Assembly: GCA_041654215.1 (NCBI GenBank)
Contig: JBAZDY010000001.1
Span: 1-58,624 of the forward strand
Length of the DNA stretch: 58,624 nt
Direction of reading: 5' to 3'
From: Candidatus Omnitrophota bacterium
Lineage (GTDB): Bacteria; Omnitrophota; Gorgyraeia; Gygaellales; Profunditerraquicolaceae
The first letter of the stretch is position 1. Each line of letters begins with the position of its first letter. Made by a program: the position numbers and the translations under genes. Below the pieces are notes generated by a model. That model had not been told where the DNA came from and ran no database searches. It worked only from the letters and a program-made list of their open reading frames with translations. Below, piece by piece: positions 8,061 through 17,067 of this stretch.

Positions 8061-9036
8061 GATGCCTTTCTTCGATATTTATGCCGGATAATTCGGATAA
8101 TCCATACCCTTCCTGGACCCACCCGCGGCCGAAACCGTATTCGGCCAGGCATTCTTCCGCCTCGGAATACTCTTGCGCGCTTATCCTGCGTGAAAGTTCT
8201 GAATACTCTTCGGCCCTGTTACAGGGAAGATATTGGCTCATAAGACTGACGCATACGTTCTGCGGCGAGACGATACCGGCCAGGCGTTTTAATACTTCGC
8301 GCGTGCCGGAAATGTCTTGCGGCAAAACGAGATGCCTGACTATAACCCCGCTGCGCATTATCCCCGCGCCGTCGAAAACCGGCGCCGGGCGCTGGCGGCA
8401 CATTTCCTTCACCGCGTTCAGGTTGAATTCCGGATACCCCGGCGCGGAGGAATATCTTACCGCGCAGCTCTCCGAGGCGTAACGCATATCTGTCAGGTAT
8501 ATATCCACGACGCCTTCCAACAGGCGGACTGTTTCAGGCAAGTCATAACCTCCGGTGTTATAAACCAGCGGGATATTCAGCCCGCGGCCGGAGGCGATAT
8601 CGAGCGCCTGAACAATCTGCGGCAGGACATGTCCCGGGCTGACCAGATTTATATTATGACACCCCTTTGCCTGCAGCGCCAGCATAATCTCCGCCAGTTC
8701 GCCGGCAGACACTTTTCTTCCCGGCAGGCCGCCGTCTTCCGCGTTCATCTGACTGAACTTGTAATTCTGACAGTAAACACAGCGCATATTACAGCCGGAA
8801 AAGAATACCGTCCCCGATCCTTTATCGCCTGATACCGGCGGCTCTTCCCCGTGATGCGGGAAATAACTGTAAACATAGACGTCTTTAGCGGTGCGGCAGA
8901 AACCTTTTTCTCCTGCGGCGCGGTCAACGCCGCAGGCTCTCGGGCATATCCGGCAATTTCCCAGCATGCGCGCGAGCCGTTCCGCCAAAGAAGAGAGGAC
9001 GGCATTCTTGTAAACCGGCGCCGGGGAGCCTGTCAC
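8041..9036 (-). CDS. Radical SAM protein, PflX-like (COG1313 type)
   Basis: CRICPRACGVDR...GEEPPVSG...GCNMRCVYCQNYKFS. I prefer the GTG start at 9036: it has SD GGAGGGAG upstream and a GTGA overlap with the upstream stop. The track start at 9132 overlaps by 100 nt. Confidence 0.75.
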   Translation of the reverse strand: MTGSPAPVYKNAVLSSLAERLARMLGNCRICPRACGVDRAAGEKGFCRTAKDVYVYSYFPHHGEEPPVSGDKGSGTVFFSGCNMRCVYCQNYKFSQMNAEDGGLPGRKVSAGELAEIMLALQAKGCHNINLVSPGHVLPQIVQALDIASGRGLNIPLVYNTGGYDLPETVRLLEGVVDIYLTDMRYASESCAVRYSSAPGYPEFNLNAVKEMCRQRPAPVFDGAGIMRSGVIVRHLVLPQDISGTREVLKRLAGIVSPQNVCVSLMSQYLPCNRAEEYSELSRRISAQEYSEAEECLAEYGFGRGWVQEGYGLSELSGINIEERHLEDGRQ

Positions 9037-9572
9037 TTTCTCCCTCCTGCCGATATCTGCCTGAAATAAATAGACCTTATGTTTTCGAAAATCGAGAGGT
9101 AACAGGAACTCCGGTAATCGGGATACGTCCATTCAAGCGGCCGAAAAGTACCGCAGCGGTCGTAGAGGAGCGTTATCTCGGCGTATATGCCGCGGGAAAT
9201 ATATATGCGGTGGCTGAAATCTTTGGTGGAGGCCAGCACAAGCCTGGCAAGATCAAGATAACCGGGGTCAAGATTGACTTTACGACTGCCGTCGGCGCTC
9301 AGGCCGGTTTCGATGCGGTTGGTAATAAGCTTGATACCGGCAAGACTGTCTGCCGCGATCAATTTCCTGAAGGAAAAGAACTTGCGCCGCAGTCCGCTGC
9401 CCATTTCTTTCTGGTAATATCCGGTCTGCGTAAAGGGAACGCTGCCGCTTTCGAAATCAACCGGCCCAAATCGGCGGCGCAAACATCCTGAAGCCGCGGC
9501 GCCGTCCTTTTCTTCCCTGTAAAGCATACCGCAGACAAGTTTAACCGGGATGTTCTTTTTTATTCTTCCCAT
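9033..9572 (-). CDS. DUF4416-family protein
   Basis: PVKLVCGMLY...FTQTGYYQKEMG...VNLDPGYL...VLASTKDFSHRIY matches the pattern I recall for DUF4416. Confidence 0.45.
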   Translation of the reverse strand: MGRIKKNIPVKLVCGMLYREEKDGAAASGCLRRRFGPVDFESGSVPFTQTGYYQKEMGSGLRRKFFSFRKLIAADSLAGIKLITNRIETGLSADGSRKVNLDPGYLDLARLVLASTKDFSHRIYISRGIYAEITLLYDRCGTFRPLEWTYPDYRSSCYLSIFENIRSIYFRQISAGGRK

Positions 9573-9584
9573 AAGGGGCGCGGG

Positions 9585-9941
9585 TCAATAGGGAAGGAAC
9601 CGGTTGATGTATTCCGCGATCCTGTGCTGCTGCGCCGGTTTTATATCGTTAAAAAATACGGCAATGTTGAAACCTCCGGCGGGGTCATCCTCTGTCCTCA
9701 CCACCACCCCTTTGCACGCCACCTCGACCTTTCTGGAGGCGTTGGGTTTTACTGGCAGACGCAGTTTTATGTTCAATTTCGTGAAAGGCGGGACGTATTT
9801 GCCTATATGGCAATAAGCGCCAAGGCAGCTGATGTTCCTGGTAGTGCTCATAAAGTCGTAACCGTCCGCCATCACGTTTATGGGCATACCGTGGTCCAGC
9901 CGGGGATGAAGACGCCTGTCGCTATAATTAACGTCGGCCAT
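9585..9941 (-). CDS. PilZ-domain protein
   Basis: RRLHPRL ... TRNISCLGAY matches the RxxxR / DxSxxG-type c-di-GMP-binding motifs. I prefer the ATG at 9941, which forms a TAATG overlap with the upstream small ORF. Confidence 0.7.
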   Translation of the reverse strand: MADVNYSDRRLHPRLDHGMPINVMADGYDFMSTTRNISCLGAYCHIGKYVPPFTKLNIKLRLPVKPNASRKVEVACKGVVVRTEDDPAGGFNIAVFFNDIKPAQQHRIAEYINRFLPY

Positions 9942-10105
9942 TATTTCCGTCCTTCTCCGGAAGCGGGAGCGGTTTTTGCCTTTTTCCAGCATTTCTTATC
10001 GCAATAATACTTGCCGTTCCGGTAATATATTTTGATCTTCTTGAGGGGTTTGTTGCACCCCAGACAGTTTGTCTGTTTTTCTTCCGCTGCCGTCTCCGCA
10101 GTCAT
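9941..10105 (-). CDS. Small zinc-ribbon-like protein (54 aa)
   Basis: MTAETAAEEKQTNCLGCNKPLKK...YYCDKKCWKK carries a CxxC...CxxxC pattern. The longer track ORF (to 10279) runs into the upstream PilZ gene. Confidence 0.5.
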   Translation of the reverse strand: MTAETAAEEKQTNCLGCNKPLKKIKIYYRNGKYYCDKKCWKKAKTAPASGEGRK

Positions 10106-10125
10106 GGTTTTTCCTTTCTCGTTCT

Positions 10126-10470
10126 TTACTGCTCCTCCGGCGAATTGCTGCCGGATAAATATTTTTTTAGATATTCCCTGTCCAGCGGGTTCATCTCGAG
10201 AAATTCCACGCCCATCCGGTAGCGGCTGGAGCGCGATGAAACATTTACCCACGCCACTTTGCCTATGGAGCAAACGCATCTTTTCGCCAGCATGAATTGT
10301 ATCATCAGGTTGGTGGCAGGCGTTATGAAAATGTCCCCGGTGATGCCGACTCCGCCGGCGCTGATATTGTCGCTGGTAACCGTGCCTGAAGCGGCCTGAT
10401 TACCCCGGACGTAATACTTTACAGGGACCTCAAGATTGTATCTGCGTAATCTCCGCTTATTATTTTGCAT
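10126..10470 (-). CDS. PilZ-domain protein
   Basis: RRLRRYNLEVPV ... SDNISAGGVG are PilZ motifs. Confidence 0.7.
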   Translation of the reverse strand: MQNNKRRLRRYNLEVPVKYYVRGNQAASGTVTSDNISAGGVGITGDIFITPATNLMIQFMLAKRCVCSIGKVAWVNVSSRSSRYRMGVEFLEMNPLDREYLKKYLSGSNSPEEQ

Positions 10471-10618
10471 TGCGCCTTAGGCGTATGGTTAAGTGGATGA
10501 ACGCATGCTTTCAACGTAGATAATTATACTGGATTTTATGCTTTTTTCAATATAAAATATGAAAAACAAATTCGGCCGCGTTTTTTACGGGCGCGGCCCC
10601 GCCAAAAAGGGGTGAGTC

Positions 10619-11119
10619 ATGGAGAATGGCACCACTACAGAAAACCGCAAGGCCACCGCAGACGCAAAGTCCGCGCCGCCGGTCGGTCAGCAGATCCTTC
10701 GCAAACGAACTCTCTACCTGCTCGTAGCTTTCGCCGGTATGCTGGCGGCAAAATTGTTCTTCGACTTCGCTTTTTCCGGCCGCCCGGCGCCGCTGCCTCC
10801 GGCCGCACCGCCGGCGGTATCAAAAACCGCCGCGCCTCCAGCCGATACCGCCGCGGATAACCTCTCCGCTCTCTCTTGCGCTCCCGGGAGCGCGGATAAC
10901 GATGCCGCAGAAGACAACAAAAAAACGGCCGCCGAACCCCCTCTGCTGGTATTGAACGGAACATTACTTTCCAACGGAGAGAAATTCGCCATAATAAACA
11001 ATCAGATAGTCAAAATAGGCGATGAAATAGATGGTGCGGTGGTAAAAAAGATAACGGTAAATGCTGTGGAATTAGAGTTTGCCGGAAAACCCTTATGTAT
11101 TACTTCCGCAGAGAACTAA
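10619..11119 (+). CDS. Membrane-anchored hypothetical protein (GspC/PilP-like C-terminal beta domain?)
   Basis: One TM helix, an Ala/Pro-rich linker, and the C-terminus LNGTLLSNGEKFAIINNQIVKIGDEIDGAVVKKI. It is the only convincing plus-strand gene after 5 kb. Confidence 0.5.
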   Translation: MENGTTTENRKATADAKSAPPVGQQILRKRTLYLLVAFAGMLAAKLFFDFAFSGRPAPLPPAAPPAVSKTAAPPADTAADNLSALSCAPGSADNDAAEDNKKTAAEPPLLVLNGTLLSNGEKFAIINNQIVKIGDEIDGAVVKKITVNAVELEFAGKPLCITSAEN

Positions 11120-11218
11120 ACTTATAGTTTTTGTGTAACTCTTAAGAAAAACCCCAAAAGTACCTAAGACGGTAGTTAACGCAATGTTTCCGCTGTTTTT
11201 AAATGTAACGGCACTAAT

Positions 11219-12097
11219 TCATTCCGATATAGTCCATACAAGCTCTCCGTTTTTATCTTTTGATATAGTGCAAGCGACACCTATTTTTGCGACAGACTGC
11301 TCGTTCAGCTTCGTTACCTTCCCGTTTTCCTGAAGATTTATAAATACACGCATTTCTTCATCCATAGAAGCGATGAGCGATGAGTCTGGATGATGCTTAT
11401 CATAAATTTCCAAGCTCTTTGCATTATCGGAGATTTTTACCGTTAAGTCCACGCCGGGATCGGTAGCTACATCCAGATAACCGGCAATGTAATACGCTTC
11501 CGAATCTGTAAAACCCCCAAAAGTTATCTTCTCTACCCCAGAGCCGGCGTCGAACTGTATATCGATTCCTGTTTGTTCTGCTCCTTCGTGGGAGGCAATC
11601 GATACAAATGCCTTCCCGAAGGATGCCACGGTTACGCTGGGGACATTAGCCTTAGAAGCAGGGGTCCCAGAGGCGGTATTATAACTCCAAATCACGCTGT
11701 CATTATTTGTGGAAGCGGTCAAAGAGAATAGGTGGTTGCCCAAGGAATTCAATGCATATACATCTGTACTGCCCTCTTTATACTGTACATCCAGACCGCT
11801 TATATTCTGTGATAAAGCGTCCCAGGAGAAGACGGTGGTGAGCGGCTCCGGAGTGTAATTTTTACAAACCCCGCCCTCCCAAATTATGTCCCTGTTCCAT
11901 TGATCCATCCTTTGAGTAGCGGTATTGTTTTCGCGCGCGCTATTGGCGCCTCCTCCGAAAGAACTCCAACTGCCGTTGTAAACATCTATATTCTTCGCAG
12001 TTTTGTAGTTACCCCAATTATCCCCCCAGGCATACAAACTGCCCCCATAACAAAGGCTGATTACCGATATCATCAAGACAATTATCTTCTTTTGCAT
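11219..12097 (-). CDS. Secreted hypothetical protein
   Basis: The ATG at 12097 has SD AAGGAG 5 nt upstream. The signal peptide ends in SLYA/WGDNWG, the same post-signal motif as the 5617-6483 protein. Confidence 0.6.
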   Translation of the reverse strand: MQKKIIVLMISVISLCYGGSLYAWGDNWGNYKTAKNIDVYNGSWSSFGGGANSARENNTATQRMDQWNRDIIWEGGVCKNYTPEPLTTVFSWDALSQNISGLDVQYKEGSTDVYALNSLGNHLFSLTASTNNDSVIWSYNTASGTPASKANVPSVTVASFGKAFVSIASHEGAEQTGIDIQFDAGSGVEKITFGGFTDSEAYYIAGYLDVATDPGVDLTVKISDNAKSLEIYDKHHPDSSLIASMDEEMRVFINLQENGKVTKLNEQSVAKIGVACTISKDKNGELVWTISE

Positions 12098-12226
12098 TTT
12101 TGCTCCTTTCACCGTATAAAATTAAAAGCCACCGATCAATAAGTAAGCCTACTTACCGATCCGTGGCATTGGACAAAGTGTAACATATGTTCGGCTATAA
12201 ATCTAACTAAGAAACCGGATTTTGCT

Positions 12227-13321
12227 TCAGTTTACAGCCATCACTCTAATCTCTTCCTTAATCATCTTTAAGGGAATGTTCTTTTTTATCCCTACCATAC
12301 CCGGTTTTTCGAGAATCACCATCCGGTTCATTCCGCCGACGAATTTCTTGTCCCTGCCGAAAGCTGAGAGCAGACGGCCGGTATCTATTCCCCGCGCTTT
12401 CAGGGGAAGACCGTAAGCCAGCAAAAGCCTTTCCAGACGCGTCAAGGCATTTTTGTCCTTGAGTATTCCGAGCTTCTCGCTGAGCCGCAGAGCGCACAAC
12501 ATCCCCCAGCCTACCGCTTCCCCGTGGTTGTAGCGCCGGAAACCGGCGGCCGCCTCAAGGGCGTGGCCGAAAGTATGCCCAAAATTCAAAGCCATGCGTA
12601 TTTCTCCGGTATCGAATTCATCTCTTTCGACATACCGCGCTTTTATAGAAGAACAGTGCGAGACGATAAATTCCATTGCCTCCGGAATGCGTTTAACGAT
12701 CTTCTCACGGGCAACCTCTAAAAAATTCAGCAGGCTTGAGTCGGCGATGAATCCGTATTTGATCACCTCAGCCATCCCGGAATTTAGCTGCCTTCTGTCA
12801 AGGGTAGAAAGAAAATCCATGTCGCTCAGCACCAACTTCGGTTGATAAAAAGTGCCGGCCAGGTTTTTGCCGGTTCGCAGGTCCACCCCGTTCTTCCCCC
12901 CTATTGCGGAATCTACCTGCGCAAGCAAAGTAGTCGGTATCTGGATAAAGGGCACGCCTCGTTTAAACACCGAAGCGGCAAATCCCGCGACGTCACCGGT
13001 CACTCCGCCGCCCAAGGCAATCACGAATATTTTTCCTTTTCCCGCATATGCGGCGAGCCCATTCACAATGTCTGCGGCGTGCAACCATGATTTACCGAGT
13101 TCGCTGTCCGGTATGGTATGGAAATAAAAACGGCAACCGGCCTTTTTCAGGCCGTTCGACAGCGTCCTTCCCCACAAACGCCGCACCCTGGCGTTGGCGA
13201 CGATACAAGCCAGGTCGCCGGCAGCGGAGGCCCGCAAATGCCGGTTTAGAGAACAAATCGCTCCTTTTCCCACGATAACCGGATAGCTTCTTTCTCCCAA
13301 GCGCACCTTTATATTTTTCAT
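12227..13321 (-). CDS. aroB: 3-dehydroquinate synthase
   Basis: GGGVTGDVAGFAA, IPTTLLAQVDSAIGGKNGV, GKNLAGTFYQP and NFGHTFGHALE motifs. Confidence 0.9.
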   Translation of the reverse strand: MKNIKVRLGERSYPVIVGKGAICSLNRHLRASAAGDLACIVANARVRRLWGRTLSNGLKKAGCRFYFHTIPDSELGKSWLHAADIVNGLAAYAGKGKIFVIALGGGVTGDVAGFAASVFKRGVPFIQIPTTLLAQVDSAIGGKNGVDLRTGKNLAGTFYQPKLVLSDMDFLSTLDRRQLNSGMAEVIKYGFIADSSLLNFLEVAREKIVKRIPEAMEFIVSHCSSIKARYVERDEFDTGEIRMALNFGHTFGHALEAAAGFRRYNHGEAVGWGMLCALRLSEKLGILKDKNALTRLERLLLAYGLPLKARGIDTGRLLSAFGRDKKFVGGMNRMVILEKPGMVGIKKNIPLKMIKEEIRVMAVN

Positions 13322-13926
13322 ATCAGGACACCCGCAATGAACCTTACCAGCGGCCAGATGACGTAATCAAACGCCCCGGCCATGGAAAGAAGTATTATTA
13401 TGATAAAGCCGTAAGGCTCTATTTTCGCGTATCCGGCAGCCGCGGCCGGCGGTAGAAATCCGGCTAACACGCGAGAACCGTCCAGCGGAGGAAGCGGAAT
13501 AAGATTGAATATCCCCAGAACCAGATTGATCAGCAGGAAATGCGCTAACAGCAGGCTGAGAAGCGTTCCTTGCGGAAGGAGCCTGATAACGGCCGCGCTG
13601 GCGCAGGCAGCCGCGATGTTGACCAACGGGCCGCTGGCGCCGATAAATATTACGTCTCTGGCCGGGTTCTTAAGCATCCCGTAATCGATCGGCACCGGTT
13701 TAGCGGCGCCGAAGACGAAACGTCCCCCGGTACTGAAGAAAAATAACAGCGGGATTATCACGGTGCCTACCGGATCGATATGAGCCAAAGGATTGAGCGT
13801 TAGCCTTCCGGAAAGCCTGGCGGTCTGGTCGCCGAACTTATAGGCGGTCCAGGCGTGCGCGAATTCATGCAGAGTCATCGCGACCAGCAAAAGCGAAAAA
13901 GAAAGAATCAATGCCGGCAGGTTCAA
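13318..13926 (-). CDS. M50 (site-2 protease) family membrane metalloprotease
   Basis: HEFAHAW (HExxH) lies in the first TM region. The protein is polytopic and has an LPPLDG motif. Confidence 0.8.
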   Translation of the reverse strand: MNLPALILSFSLLLVAMTLHEFAHAWTAYKFGDQTARLSGRLTLNPLAHIDPVGTVIIPLLFFFSTGGRFVFGAAKPVPIDYGMLKNPARDVIFIGASGPLVNIAAACASAAVIRLLPQGTLLSLLLAHFLLINLVLGIFNLIPLPPLDGSRVLAGFLPPAAAAGYAKIEPYGFIIIILLSMAGAFDYVIWPLVRFIAGVLI

Positions 13927-14894
13927 TCCATCGCCTCTATCTTTAATACTTCCACCACCGGCAGTCCTTTGCAGGAAGAAACGGGTTTCCCACTTACCCG
14001 GGCTTTGCGATTCACCAGGGCGTTGAGGGTCTGTTTGTCCCCTTTCAAAAGGAATATTTTTTTATCGGAAGCCACCAGTTTGTGGGTTGCAGGGCGTTTA
14101 AAAACCATCCCGTAAGGTTTGATGACGCCTTCATACACGCAAAGGCCGGGAATCTGTTTGTCTTCGCCTGCCTGGACGGGAGCATCTTCAGGTTTTGCCC
14201 CGTATTCCGTACCGGGCAGACCCCCGGCAGATTGTGCCGCTTGTTCCTCCGCCGGCGTCTTTAACGGGGCCTTGCGGACGAAATCAGCGTGTATCCAGCC
14301 GCAACTGCCGGACACCGGTTTGATGCGGTACCAATTGTTTTCCATACCGATGAAATTCAAAACCTCATTTTTCGAAACGCGCCCGATTATGGAAGAGGAC
14401 TCATCCGGCCGGAGCCTGACGTTCACGCGGTCGCGTTCGACCTTGATCGTGTTGAATCTCGCTCCGGTTTGTTCCTGGGGGGTAAAATTCGCGCTCTTTA
14501 CTTCAACCGCCGAGACCATATCTGCCCTTATATAGCTGGGGGCGATATCCGGCAGGCGCACCTTATACCAACCGTATTGCCCGGAGATAACTTCTACCGC
14601 GGCGCCTTTATCCATCCTGCAGATAACTTCCGAGCTTGTGGTCGAATCGACACGGAGGTTTATATCCGCCGCCGTAACTTCCCCGGCAAAAGGGAACATT
14701 TCCTCTTCCTGGGCGTAAGAAACGGATAAAAGCAGCGCGCTAAGGACGACTGCGCGAATTCCCGCCAGGACGAAATCTACCCGGCGAAAAATCCGGATAA
14801 ATCTTGCCTCAGCGGATACGCGAACGCAGTGCGCGCCATCCGGCTGAAAATGCGGGAATTTTTGTGTCTTGAGTAAACACGGATTATGCCGCAT
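13923..14894 (-). CDS. Secreted protein with two bacterial SH3 domains
   Basis: INLRVDSTTSSEVICRMDKGAAVEVI...GWYKVRL and a second VNVRLRPDESSSIIGRV...NWYRI repeat. The true start is uncertain. Confidence 0.65.
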   Translation of the reverse strand: MRHNPCLLKTQKFPHFQPDGAHCVRVSAEARFIRIFRRVDFVLAGIRAVVLSALLLSVSYAQEEEMFPFAGEVTAADINLRVDSTTSSEVICRMDKGAAVEVISGQYGWYKVRLPDIAPSYIRADMVSAVEVKSANFTPQEQTGARFNTIKVERDRVNVRLRPDESSSIIGRVSKNEVLNFIGMENNWYRIKPVSGSCGWIHADFVRKAPLKTPAEEQAAQSAGGLPGTEYGAKPEDAPVQAGEDKQIPGLCVYEGVIKPYGMVFKRPATHKLVASDKKIFLLKGDKQTLNALVNRKARVSGKPVSSCKGLPVVEVLKIEAMD

Positions 14895-14907
14895 AAAAAC
14901 AGCTCCT

Positions 14908-15153
14908 TTATTTCTTCTCGGCCGTTTTGCCGGCGGCCGGGGCGGCTGCTGCCGCGGTTCCTTCCGCTGCCTTGGCGGTCTTTTCTTTCTTGATCCTGAT
15001 CTTCACGGTCTTGATCTTGGGAAGACCGCAAACTCGGTCGCCCTCCTTCCACTGGTTTTTGGAAAGCATTAACTTCAGGCGCTCCGTTCTCTTCAATACA
15101 GAACGCTGTTTGGAATCCTGGCCGGCTGATCTCAACGACGGGTGAATCGACAT
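14908..15153 (-). CDS. Small highly basic protein (TIGR04137-like, PVC-type)
   Basis: MSIHPSLRS...RSVLKRTERLKLM...GLPK followed by a Lys/Ala tail. Confidence 0.5.
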   Translation of the reverse strand: MSIHPSLRSAGQDSKQRSVLKRTERLKLMLSKNQWKEGDRVCGLPKIKTVKIRIKKEKTAKAAEGTAAAAAPAAGKTAEKK

Positions 15154-15154
15154 T

Positions 15155-15742
15155 TTACAACCTCCTTACATAACAGTCGCGATATTGTTTTTTTAATTTC
15201 AGGCGCCATAATTCGGCGGTACGGCTTTCCTGAAAACTACCCGAGCAAAGCACGTAATAAGGCCGCAGGTAAATGACGGCCGGAGCGAGTCCGCGTTTTT
15301 GCAGGGTCTGGGCCTCTTTTAACGCCTGCTCTTTCGATTTATAACTCGCCAGCTGAACGGTATATTTACCGGTTATCCTGGGCGCCGGAGCCGGCTGAGC
15401 GGCCTGCTGTGATACCACTGCCGTCGGATGTCGTGCAGGTCGCTGAAGCGCCGCTGCAGGCCGCGATTGTGCCGCTGGAAGCGCCTGCCGGGCCGGCTGT
15501 GGCTGCGCGGTTTCCTGCTGCTGCCTCAAAGCTGCCAGGCGTTTCAATACCGAATTTTTGCCTTTTTCCACTCCCGCGATGAAGGAAAGCACGGACACCG
15601 CAAGCAGCAGTATTATTATCAGAACTGTCTTCTCATAAGCGCGCAGGTATTGCAGAAACGCTCCGGAGACTTTCGTTTCGCCGCCGCTTCCGCCGCCGGT
15701 GTTTTCGGAGCCGGAAAACAGTTCAAGTTGTTCTTTTTCCAT
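15155..15742 (-). CDS. SPOR-domain membrane protein
   Basis: One TM helix, a Gln/Ala/Pro linker, and the C-terminus YTVQLASYKSKEQALKEAQTLQKRG, which is a SPOR fold signature. Confidence 0.7.
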   Translation of the reverse strand: MEKEQLELFSGSENTGGGSGGETKVSGAFLQYLRAYEKTVLIIILLLAVSVLSFIAGVEKGKNSVLKRLAALRQQQETAQPQPARQALPAAQSRPAAALQRPARHPTAVVSQQAAQPAPAPRITGKYTVQLASYKSKEQALKEAQTLQKRGLAPAVIYLRPYYVLCSGSFQESRTAELWRLKLKKQYRDCYVRRL

Positions 15743-15999
15743 ATCTTTCCGTTATCTCCGGCCGAGTGATCCCGGTCACGCCTAATCAGGAAACTGCTTT
15801 TGCGCGCCGCCGGAATATGCCGGAATGTTAAAAGTCTGCTGAAAAACCCTGTTTTTAGCTTTAAAAAGAAAAATACAGCAAACCATGTTTTTGTAACGCA
15901 TTATATTGCAACGTGTTATAAAAGAGGCAAAACAGATAATATTACCAAAAACAGACAAAAAGGACTTTTTTAGCAGACTGTTAACTAAATATTATATAT

Positions 16000-17067
16000 T
16001 TATTGTTTCGCGCTTTGCAAGTATTTTTTTGCCTTGAATTTTTTCGCTATTTTCAGGAACGCGTCCACCACCTTGGGATCGAACTGCGAACCGCTCTTGT
16101 TCTTTATTTCGCGGATGGCGGAATTGATATCCTTTCTTTCCCGGTAAGGCCTGCCGTAAACCATGGCTTCAAAGGCGTCTGCGACCGCCATGATCCTGGC
16201 TCCCAGGGGGATCTGCCCTTTTTTCAGGCGCGAAGGATAACCGGTGCCGTTGTATTTCTCGTGGTGGTGCATGATGATGGGAACCGCGGGTTTGAGTATC
16301 TGCAGAGGGCGCAATATTTGCGCCCCTTTCAACGGGTGGTTCTTTATTATGGTAAGCTCACGGGCCGTAAGTTTGGTTGTCTTGGTAAGTATCTCCGGAG
16401 GTATATCTATCTTACCGGTATCGTGCAGAAGGCTGGCGTATTTAAGGCACTCTATCTGTTTCTCGTCCAGGTGCATCTGTTCGGCTATGGCTATTACCAG
16501 CCGGCTGAAATTCTGGGAATGCGTGTATTCCTGCGGCACCCGCATATCGAGCAAAGTGACCAGGGACTTTATGCTCCCGAACACCACCTTCTGCTGTTCC
16601 TCGTAAAGCTGAAGATTGCGTATGCCTATCACCGCCTGCTCCGCCACCGTCGAAAGCATCTCCTGGTCGAAGTTGTCGAAGGGGACGTCGTTGCGGTAAC
16701 GTTTGATTATCATCAGGCCCAGGAGATCGTCGCCTATCAGCGGTATCGCCAGAAGCCATCCTCTGCGCACGGAGGAGGACTTGCGTATTATTCTTTTCTC
16801 CAGCGGATTGGTTATCTTTATTTTTTTGTCGTGAATGTATTTCTTGCGCTCGCTGGCGAGACACTTGAAAATGGAGTGTTTCTTGCTGGGATCAAGGAGT
16901 ATAATCAGGCAATACCGGGAATTGAAGATCTGGCAGATAAGCCTGCTCAACCTTATGATCAGCTCTTTCTGCTCGTACGTCGAATTCACCAGCCGGTAAA
17001 TGCTGTGAATCGACGACATCAGGATCTTATACTTTTTCGTAGGGGTCAAATAGCTTTTTGTATTCAT
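16000..17067 (-). CDS. GAF-like sensor plus HD-GYP c-di-GMP phosphodiesterase
   Basis: LLHDTGKIDIP ... HHEKYNGTGYP ... ARIMAVADAFEAM are HD-GYP motifs. Confidence 0.8.
   Translation of the reverse strand: MNTKSYLTPTKKYKILMSSIHSIYRLVNSTYEQKELIIRLSRLICQIFNSRYCLIILLDPSKKHSIFKCLASERKKYIHDKKIKITNPLEKRIIRKSSSVRRGWLLAIPLIGDDLLGLMIIKRYRNDVPFDNFDQEMLSTVAEQAVIGIRNLQLYEEQQKVVFGSIKSLVTLLDMRVPQEYTHSQNFSRLVIAIAEQMHLDEKQIECLKYASLLHDTGKIDIPPEILTKTTKLTARELTIIKNHPLKGAQILRPLQILKPAVPIIMHHHEKYNGTGYPSRLKKGQIPLGARIMAVADAFEAMVYGRPYRERKDINSAIREIKNKSGSQFDPKVVDAFLKIAKKFKAKKYLQSAKQ

Noticed and set aside
10106-10279. The N-terminal 58 codons of track ORF 9941-10279.
   Set aside because: They overlap the 3' part of the PilZ gene at 10126-10470 in another frame. 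The internal ATG at 10105 yields a compact zinc-ribbon protein.
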